This document shows, one piece after another, positions 37,150 through 43,041 of a stretch of DNA of 43,041 nt (positions are counted from its first letter, which is position 1; every line of letters begins with the position of its first letter). The notes beneath the pieces were generated by a model that searched no databases, had not been told where the DNA came from, and saw only the letters and a program-made list of their open reading frames with translations. A program made the position numbers and the translations under genes. Source of the stretch: an uncultured Alistipes sp. (lineage in GTDB: Bacteria > Bacteroidota > Bacteroidia > Bacteroidales > Rikenellaceae); the NCBI GenBank assembly GCA_949296295.1, contig CASFOM010000103.1, positions 1-43,041 on the forward strand. The letters run 5' to 3'.

Positions 37150-38229
37150 ATGAGCGATCGATTAGAGACAATTGCCAAAGAAAAATTTGGTGTAGATAGT
37201 GAGACGCTACTTGATATTTTAGAATCTAGCCACGGTGCTGATGGTTATATCCTTGGTGCATTGGGAGAGACGAAATTTAAGGAATATGCAGAAAAGAAAG
37301 GTTTTGAAGTCTTGCGTATTAAAGAAAAACCTGAAGGAGCATTTGACTCAAAAAGTGATGATGCAAAAGGGGACTTTTATATCAGAAAAAAAGGTTCTAA
37401 AAAAGACGAATGGTATGTTGTTGAGTGCAAAAGTGTTAAATCAAATGCAGAGGCTCGTACTTCTTTTGGCGATAAGAGGTCATGTGTTGGCGCTTTAAAG
37501 AAACATTCTGTTACAAGAAAAGCTCATATTGAAGGGCTTTATCTTAAAGGAAAAGCTAAATACGAAAAGACTAAAGAAGGATGGCCTACGCCCATCGGAG
37601 ATGTAACTCTCTTCGCTGATTTGAATAGTATGCTTGAGAAAATGAGAGAAAATGGCATCGACGTATCATCTGTAAAAAACTATAGGAACGCTTATAATCT
37701 TGCACAAAAGAGCAACTTAAATTTTGGAATAAAGTTCCCAGACTTTCGTTGGTCGGCAGCGAATCCTGGCCCTTGTGTCCCAGATTTAAGCGGCGTATTT
37801 AAAACAGAACAAGAAATCAATGAGTGGGTATCTCGTTTCTCTGAAGATGATTTTTCAAAAGAGGCTTTTTGGAATTTAAAAGCTCCTTTAAGACTAATTC
37901 AAACCCATATGCCTTCTACTCGAGTTGATGTCCTTGGTATTGAAAGTACAGGCCCACTTGTAACAGAATTTAATATTCTATGCCTTGATTTGTTTATTAG
38001 AACGGGAAAACATGAGCTAGTCTTTGTTAATAGCCAAGATTTGAATCCTCAGGCATCTGCTCCTAACCATCTTCAGCAAAATTATACGGTTGACATTCTT
38101 GTAGAAAAAGACGGTTTTAAACGTCATGAACTTCTTAAACCATGGTATAACGACCTAGATGAGTGTATTACCAGTTCGAAACCTACACCACGAAAAATCG
38201 ATATGACACAGATCGATAATCGAAAATAA
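37150..38229 (+). CDS. PD-(D/E)xK nuclease-fold protein; candidate restriction endonuclease of unknown family
   Basis: The 359-aa ORF starts 25 nt after the C-pseudogene stop. The order E40 ('GALGETKF' helix), D75 ('KGDFYI' strand) and E92-x-K94 ('WYVVECKS' strand) fits the PD-(D/E)xK core. I recognise no motif in residues ~110-359. Confidence 0.6.
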   Translation: MSDRLETIAKEKFGVDSETLLDILESSHGADGYILGALGETKFKEYAEKKGFEVLRIKEKPEGAFDSKSDDAKGDFYIRKKGSKKDEWYVVECKSVKSNAEARTSFGDKRSCVGALKKHSVTRKAHIEGLYLKGKAKYEKTKEGWPTPIGDVTLFADLNSMLEKMRENGIDVSSVKNYRNAYNLAQKSNLNFGIKFPDFRWSAANPGPCVPDLSGVFKTEQEINEWVSRFSEDDFSKEAFWNLKAPLRLIQTHMPSTRVDVLGIESTGPLVTEFNILCLDLFIRTGKHELVFVNSQDLNPQASAPNHLQQNYTVDILVEKDGFKRHELLKPWYNDLDECITSSKPTPRKIDMTQIDNRK

Positions 38230-38254
38230 TAAATACGTGCATTGTTCACTACAC

Positions 38255-38296
38255 AAATGTGTGTTATATTTGTCATTACAATGATAACACACATTT
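38255..38296 (+). terminator. R-gene terminator hairpin with an embedded -7 box for the methyltransferase gene
   Basis: AAATGTGTGTTAT (38255-38267) pairs with ATAACACACATTT (38284-38296): a 13-bp perfect stem with a 16-nt loop, running into a T6 tract (38294-38299). TATATTTG (TAnnTTTG) at 38265-38272 lies at the stem/loop junction, 48 nt upstream of the ATG at 38320. Confidence 0.55.
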
Positions 38297-38319
38297 TTTA
38301 TTGTATAATAAAGAGATAT

Positions 38320-40281
38320 ATGATTTCTATTGATAACCTCCTAAAGAAATTTGAAGAGATTCATAATTTTATTTATGCAAATGATGGTCTTTCTCCTCAG
38401 CAGACTCTCGATGAGTTTTTAAAAATATTATTCATCAAAATATATGATGAAAATAACAGGCTTAGCCAGTTTGCTGTTTCGAAGGAAGAGTTTGCAATGT
38501 CTTCATCGGGTATAGACTCTCCTCTCAATCATCGTATCTCTTCATTGTTTACAAGAACAAAGCAGGAGTATGCAGAAATTTTTGATCCTGATGACAAAAT
38601 AAAACTATCAGGTAAGTCAATAGGATTTGTAGTTAATAAATTGCAAAATATTTCATTAGGCGGTTCATCTACAGACGCTAAAGGATTAGCATTTCAGAAG
38701 TTTCTTACACATCAGGATAAAGAAGGTAGAGGACAATATTTCACTCCAGAACCAGTGATAGACTTTTGTGTCAAAATGATAAAACCAAAATTTGGGGAAA
38801 CAATAGTTGATCCTTGTTGCGGTAGTGGAGGGTTTATTTTTACAGCTTACAATTATATTATTGGTAATGAGCCTCAAACCGATAAGTCTGAATTGATCGC
38901 TAATTATTTGTTTGGAAGTGATATAAGTAAAAGCATTACAAGAATTGCAAAAATGAAATTATTACTTGAGGCTAACGTTCAGAGTAATGTTCACTGCCAG
39001 AATTCACTTGAAGACCTCGACACATTGATGCTTTCTTTTGGCCACGAAAGTCGTTTGCAAGAAGGATTTGATATACTCCTTACAAATCCTCCTTTTGGTA
39101 CTGCTGGGAAAATTATGGATTCTTCATTGTTGTCGAAATATGATTTGGGGCACAAATGGGAAGGCTTAAATGGTAATTTTAAGATGTCTACTGCCATTTG
39201 TAATGCGCAACCAGCCGAAATTTTATTTATTGAAAGGTGTTTGCAGCTGTTAAAAGAAGGTGGTAGAATGGCAATTGTTCTTCCTAATGGCCATTTTGAG
39301 AATCCATCGCTTAATTACTTGCGAGCATATATAAAGGAAAAAGCAAATGTTCTGGCTGTCATTACCCTCCCTCAGGAAACATTCGTTCCTTATGGAACAG
39401 GCGTAAAGACATCCCTTTTGTTTCTTGAGAAAGAGTCAGCTAATACAAAAACAACGTATCCGGTCTTTTTTGGAAAAGTAACCAAACCTGGGTATCAAGG
39501 GAATAAAAATGGTACTCCTATCTACAAAAAAGACAATAATGGATCATTACTATTTGAGAATGGAGTACCTATTATTGACGAGGATTTTTCAGTTGTATTA
39601 AACGATTATCGAGATTTTCAACGAAATGGGAAAGTCGAAACGACCAATTCATATAGTATTGAGTATAGTGAAATGAATGACCGAATGGATTACGACTTTT
39701 ATTCTCCAGCATACAAGTCTATGTTTGATCAGTTGGCAAAGAATTCTGTTAGATTAGGAGATATTGTTGAAATCGTAAAAAAGAAAAGCCCAATACTTAA
39801 AGACAAGACAGCGATAGTTGAATATGTGGAATTATCCGATATAAATGCACATTCATTAGAAATCATAAATTCAACCACTTTTGCCGTGCATGAGTTGCCC
39901 AGTCGAGCTTCATATGAATTAAAAAATGGAGATATTATTACTGCAATAGCAGGAAATTCTGTTGGAACAAGGAAACATGCGACAGCCCTTGTGACAGAAT
40001 CAACTGAAGGTGCAATATGTACAAATGGATTTAGAGTCCTTCGTAATCCGAAAGTTAATCCATATTATTTGTTGTATTATTTCAAAAGTGATTTGTTCTT
40101 GAAACAGATGATGAGATTCCGTACAGGAGCTGCGATACCGAATGTCTCAGATGCAGATTTGATTAATGTGTTGATTTACCTCCCTTCAGAGAGTAAAATT
40201 CAAGATATTGGCAATTCCGTAAAAAGGGCTTTTGAACTCAGAGCTGAGAGTACAAAAATTTTTAATTCAATTACTTTATAA
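38320..40281 (+). CDS. gamma-class (HsdM/Eco57I-like) N6-adenine DNA methyltransferase fused to a single HsdS-like target-recognition domain
   Basis: The start is trimmed from the TTG at 38242 to the ATG at 38320 (MISIDNLLKKFEEIHNFIY...), giving 653 aa. It has 'GQYFTPEPV', motif I 'VDPCCGSGGF' (~38806-38835) and motif IV 'NPPFG' (39085-39099). The C-terminal ~180 aa ('VRLGDIVEI...NGFRVLRNP...YYLLYYFKSDLFLKQMMRFRTGAAIPNVSDADL...LPSESKIQDI') look like one type I S-subunit TRD plus a conserved helix. Confidence 0.85.
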   Translation: MISIDNLLKKFEEIHNFIYANDGLSPQQTLDEFLKILFIKIYDENNRLSQFAVSKEEFAMSSSGIDSPLNHRISSLFTRTKQEYAEIFDPDDKIKLSGKSIGFVVNKLQNISLGGSSTDAKGLAFQKFLTHQDKEGRGQYFTPEPVIDFCVKMIKPKFGETIVDPCCGSGGFIFTAYNYIIGNEPQTDKSELIANYLFGSDISKSITRIAKMKLLLEANVQSNVHCQNSLEDLDTLMLSFGHESRLQEGFDILLTNPPFGTAGKIMDSSLLSKYDLGHKWEGLNGNFKMSTAICNAQPAEILFIERCLQLLKEGGRMAIVLPNGHFENPSLNYLRAYIKEKANVLAVITLPQETFVPYGTGVKTSLLFLEKESANTKTTYPVFFGKVTKPGYQGNKNGTPIYKKDNNGSLLFENGVPIIDEDFSVVLNDYRDFQRNGKVETTNSYSIEYSEMNDRMDYDFYSPAYKSMFDQLAKNSVRLGDIVEIVKKKSPILKDKTAIVEYVELSDINAHSLEIINSTTFAVHELPSRASYELKNGDIITAIAGNSVGTRKHATALVTESTEGAICTNGFRVLRNPKVNPYYLLYYFKSDLFLKQMMRFRTGAAIPNVSDADLINVLIYLPSESKIQDIGNSVKRAFELRAESTKIFNSITL

Positions 40282-40333
40282 TTGGTCAAAAGAAGAGACT
40301 GTTTCAAAATAAACTTTGAGATGGCCTCATTTG

Positions 40334-40374
40334 AATAGAGACTGTATCATAATAGGTGTGATACAGTCTCTATT
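40334..40374. terminator. terminator hairpin shared by the methyltransferase gene and the convergent DUF1080 gene
   Basis: AATAGAGACTGTATCA (40334-40349) pairs with TGATACAGTCTCTATT (40359-40374): a 16-bp perfect stem with a 9-nt loop. It sits 13 nt from the stop of the minus-strand gene at 40387. Confidence 0.7.
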
Positions 40375-40386
40375 TATTAAATCCTT

Positions 40387-41739
40387 TTATAATTCTTTGA
40401 TTTTTATATTTTTAAACCATACTTCATCTCCGTGGTCCTGTAATAGAATATTGCCTTCCGAAGCATTCCCGAAATTAGGCCAGTTCTTATATTTGCTGTA
40501 ATTGACCAAGGCCTGCCACATCTGATTGTTTCGATCGTATTCAAGGAGTTTTCTCCCGTTCAACCAATGTTCTACATGATTGTCTTTTACTACAATCATA
40601 GCCGTATTGAATTCTCCTTTACGGAACCATTTGTCTTCCGGAGCAGGAATTAAGTCATACAATGAACCCAACTTACGGTTGCCGCGAACACCTAATTTGG
40701 CATCCGGATGTTTGGCATCATCCAATATCTGGAATTCACAGCCGATTGCAGACCCTTCTCCTTTGTTCATTGTCGGATCTACAAAATATTTGATTCCACT
40801 ATTGGCTCCTTCGGTAATTTTAAAATCAACCTTCAAAATGAAATTTTTATAGGTACGTGTCGTTACTATATCTCCTCCATTTGTAGATTCTCCTCCGTTC
40901 CCTTTTTGCACTTTCAATATCCCATTTTCAATGGTCCATCCTTTCTCCGGGAAATGATCCAATTTCGCTCCCCGCCATCCTTCTGTGGTCTTGCCATCCC
41001 ACAATAGTTTCCATCCTTCGGCCTTTTCCTTATCTGAAAGAGAGTTCGGAATGGTATTGACTTCCGGAGCTGCCTGTGATTCGGGGGTAAGATATTTTTC
41101 CACATCTTCCGTACAAATACGAAGGTTTCTCCAACGGATGGTTTTCCCTTCATCTTCTGCCTTACTGATTTGATGTACTTGAAGTGCTATAAACCCTTCC
41201 GGAGTCATATCATCCCGTAAATTGGCACAAGGAATTCCGTTAATCCAGGTCCGAATGATCGGTCCAAAAGCTTCTATGCGGGCTTGATTCCATTCCCCTT
41301 TTTTAAAGGCTTTTTTCCCCGGTTCGTTAAGGGTTAGTGGGTAGAGCCATCCTCGCCGGGCTTCGTCATAAATACCGCCTGACCATGCTCGGTCTGAAGG
41401 ATCTATTTCAAATTGATAACCATGGACCCGACCTTTATTATAACTTTCTTTACTTTCACTACGTAATTGTACTCCTGAATTCAGACCGTCATCTACTTTG
41501 AACTCAAATTCAAGAATGAAATCTCCATAAGTCTTCGGGGTTACCAGGAAGGTGTTGGGGGTCCCTCTTTTTGATATTCCCACAATGGCTTTGTCTTCTA
41601 TTTTATATTCTGCTTCTCCATTAAGCACTTTCCACCCTTTGAGGTTCTTCCCGTTAAACAAGGATTCCCATTTCTGGGCTGACACTGTTGTAGTGGCCAA
41701 TAAAAGAGCCCCGCACAACCAAAAATTTTTTATATTCAT
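40387..41739 (-). CDS. secreted protein with two tandem DUF1080 (3-keto-disaccharide hydrolase-like, ConA fold) domains
   Basis: 450 aa with a signal peptide. Each half starts with the 'W(E/K)xLFNGKxLxGW' type motif ('[15 protein letters not shown]', '[15 protein letters not shown]') and ends with the 'I(A/L)LQxH...(W/R)F(K/R)NI' type motif ('FIALQVHQ...IRWRNLRI', '[17 protein letters not shown]'). Confidence 0.75.
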   Translation of the reverse strand: MNIKNFWLCGALLLATTTVSAQKWESLFNGKNLKGWKVLNGEAEYKIEDKAIVGISKRGTPNTFLVTPKTYGDFILEFEFKVDDGLNSGVQLRSESKESYNKGRVHGYQFEIDPSDRAWSGGIYDEARRGWLYPLTLNEPGKKAFKKGEWNQARIEAFGPIIRTWINGIPCANLRDDMTPEGFIALQVHQISKAEDEGKTIRWRNLRICTEDVEKYLTPESQAAPEVNTIPNSLSDKEKAEGWKLLWDGKTTEGWRGAKLDHFPEKGWTIENGILKVQKGNGGESTNGGDIVTTRTYKNFILKVDFKITEGANSGIKYFVDPTMNKGEGSAIGCEFQILDDAKHPDAKLGVRGNRKLGSLYDLIPAPEDKWFRKGEFNTAMIVVKDNHVEHWLNGRKLLEYDRNNQMWQALVNYSKYKNWPNFGNASEGNILLQDHGDEVWFKNIKIKEL

Positions 41740-41751
41740 TTCCTTTTATCT

Positions 41752-43041
41752 TTATAGTTTATAAAAATCTTCCCAACCTTTGCGAGGAGGCATTCCTGAT
41801 AACATCGCATTTGCGAAATCGTTATTCGTAAAGCGTTTGTTTTTGATGTCGAAAAGAAGTTGCGTATTTAACCGTTGAGCAATGACTCCTAAACAGAACA
41901 CTTGCGTCATAGGACCGAAGATTTCAAATGGAGAACGGGTTTTCTCTTCTCCACAGCAAGCCCGTAAAAAGTTCTCAAAATGATTGGACGGACTTTTCGG
42001 TACCTCGGGTAACTTGCTTGCCATTTCTTTGGCTTTTTCCTCCGGAATAATGGAAAGAGTGCTTCCATGAGTTCCCCCTTTAAAGGTCAAATCACGAGAA
42101 TATATGATTTTCCCTGGATTCAGTTTCGTATCTTTAATGTCTCCCTGACTGCTTGCCGGAATATTCGGATCAAGAGCCGAAATGCCATAACCGTCGGGTA
42201 GAGGAGGAAGATTGTCCAAACCATCGTACCACGTTACATCTACTGGCGGCATCTTTTTTCGTTGTGGAAAACGGAACAGGATGGTGGAAGAGTAAGGGAA
42301 GAAATAATCGTTATGCCCTTCTGCTTTCAACATATTGATTTCGTAAGGCAATCCGAGTTCCAAAAATTCATGTACCGTATCCAAAATATGGGCTCCCCAG
42401 TCTCCTAAAGCTCCCATGCCGAAGTCGTACCAGCAACGCCAATCTCCATAGTGGTATTTCGAATTATAGTCGTGGTATTGGGTAGAGCAAAGCCACGTAT
42501 TCCAGTCCAACGTTTCAGGAATAGCTTGTGCTTCCGGATATTTGTAAATGTCTGCACTCCATTTGTGCCAACGACGGGAGTTGTTCATGTGTGCCGTTAC
42601 GGCTGTTACATCTTTGATAATACCGGCTTCCTGCCATGCCTTGAATTGGAAATAGTTGGCTTCTGAATGTCCTTGATTCCCTACTTGTGTCACTGCTTCC
42701 GGATGTTGCCGGGCAGCTTCCATCATTAACTCCGCTTCTAAAAAAGTACGAGCCATGGGCTTTTCTACGTAAACATGTTTCCCATGAGCAAGTGCCAACA
42801 TGGAAATCGGAAAATGTGAATGGTCCGGGGTGGCTATCGCTACCGCTTCTATTTCATTGCTAATCCGATCAAACATTTGACGAAAATCCTTAAACCGTTT
42901 CGCATTCGGATACATTTTCATAACAGCCTGAGTGTGCTTCGCTCCCATATCTACATCACATAGAGCAACTACATTCACCCGATTCGTTTTGGCAAATTCT
43001 CGAATAATTTGCTCTCCTCGGTTGCCGATACCGCTGTAGGC
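41752..43041 (-). CDS. Gfo/Idh/MocA-family NAD(P)-dependent oxidoreductase (5' end outside the window)
   Basis: The reading frame stays open to the window edge. Upstream of the ORF-track start, the reverse complement translates to AYSGIGNRGEQIIREFAKTNR-VNVVALCDVD, containing the Rossmann 'GIGNRG'. The 'HVYVEKPMA' (EKP) motif is present. The stop lies 12 nt before the DUF1080 gene start, so the two likely form an operon. Confidence 0.85.
   Translation of the reverse strand, partial: AYSGIGNRGEQIIREFAKTNRVNVVALCDVDMGAKHTQAVMKMYPNAKRFKDFRQMFDRISNEIEAVAIATPDHSHFPISMLALAHGKHVYVEKPMARTFLEAELMMEAARQHPEAVTQVGNQGHSEANYFQFKAWQEAGIIKDVTAVTAHMNNSRRWHKWSADIYKYPEAQAIPETLDWNTWLCSTQYHDYNSKYHYGDWRCWYDFGMGALGDWGAHILDTVHEFLELGLPYEINMLKAEGHNDYFFPYSSTILFRFPQRKKMPPVDVTWYDGLDNLPPLPDGYGISALDPNIPASSQGDIKDTKLNPGKIIYSRDLTFKGGTHGSTLSIIPEEKAKEMASKLPEVPKSPSNHFENFLRACCGEEKTRSPFEIFGPMTQVFCLGVIAQRLNTQLLFDIKNKRFTNNDFANAMLSGMPPRKGWEDFYKL

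Larger units (their letters stand above)
36757..40333. other. low-GC insertion (defence islet) carrying a C(pseudo)-R-M.S module
   Basis: The islet is bounded by the dnaX hairpin and the terminator of the convergent DUF1080 gene. Hand counts on 60-nt lines give 15-22 G+C inside, against 28-31 in most flanking lines counted (one dnaX line gave 21). No integrase or transposase is visible. Confidence 0.55.

Noticed and set aside
38686-39197. Two 63-68-aa minus-strand ORFs inside the methyltransferase gene
   Set aside because: They are antisense to the region encoding motifs I and IV of a clearly intact methyltransferase. They are shadow ORFs in low-GC DNA.
1-43041. CRISPR arrays, tRNA/rRNA genes, IS elements/transposases, integrases
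   Set aside because: I scanned all spacers longer than 80 bp by eye. I found no regularly spaced 25-40-bp direct repeats, no T-loop-like GGTTCGAATCC-type cloverleaf candidates, no terminal inverted repeats bracketing an ORF, and no recombinase-like translation in the ORF track.

Overview
This 43-kb chromosomal segment looks like a Bacteroidales genome. The evidence is TAnnTTTG '-7' promoter boxes in front of many genes, lipoprotein and CAZyme-rich content, and mostly mid-40s % G+C by hand counts. From left to right the window holds: (1) housekeeping genes: an aminotransferase 3' end, pckA, a GH97 lipoprotein, folE, a PurF-like amidotransferase, tgt, an LptF/G permease, an NhaD-type antiporter, an OM beta-barrel protein, a 930-aa secreted protein of unclear family, pabB-pabC, and a flavodoxin/ferredoxin fusion with an aldehyde dehydrogenase; (2) a LacI-headed hexuronate and unsaturated-uronate catabolic cluster (kduI-kduD-kdgK, uxuB-uxuA-uxaC), followed by a heparinase II/III-like lyase, GH28, GH3 and an SGNH esterase; (3) dnaX; (4) a ~3.6-kb islet of about one third G+C; (5) a convergent operon encoding a double-DUF1080 protein and a Gfo/Idh/MocA oxidoreductase, which runs off the right edge. 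The islet is the most interesting part. It carries a decayed controller (C-protein-like XRE HTH) gene, a 359-aa ORF with a clean PD-(D/E)xK nuclease signature and no other recognisable family, and an HsdM-like N6-adenine methyltransferase fused to a single HsdS-like target-recognition domain. I read it as a horizontally acquired, probably uncharacterised Type II-like (AhdI-style) restriction-modification/defence module whose control gene has been inactivated. Other points worth checking are a perfect in-phase A_AAA_AAA slippery site in dnaX followed by a -1-frame stop, a tgt with a degenerate zinc motif next to folE, a PurF paralogue with Ser in place of the N-terminal Cys, and a 21-bp hairpin in the kdgK-uxuB spacer whose mismatches are all G-U only on the sense strand. 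I saw no rRNA, tRNA, CRISPR array, transposase or integrase.
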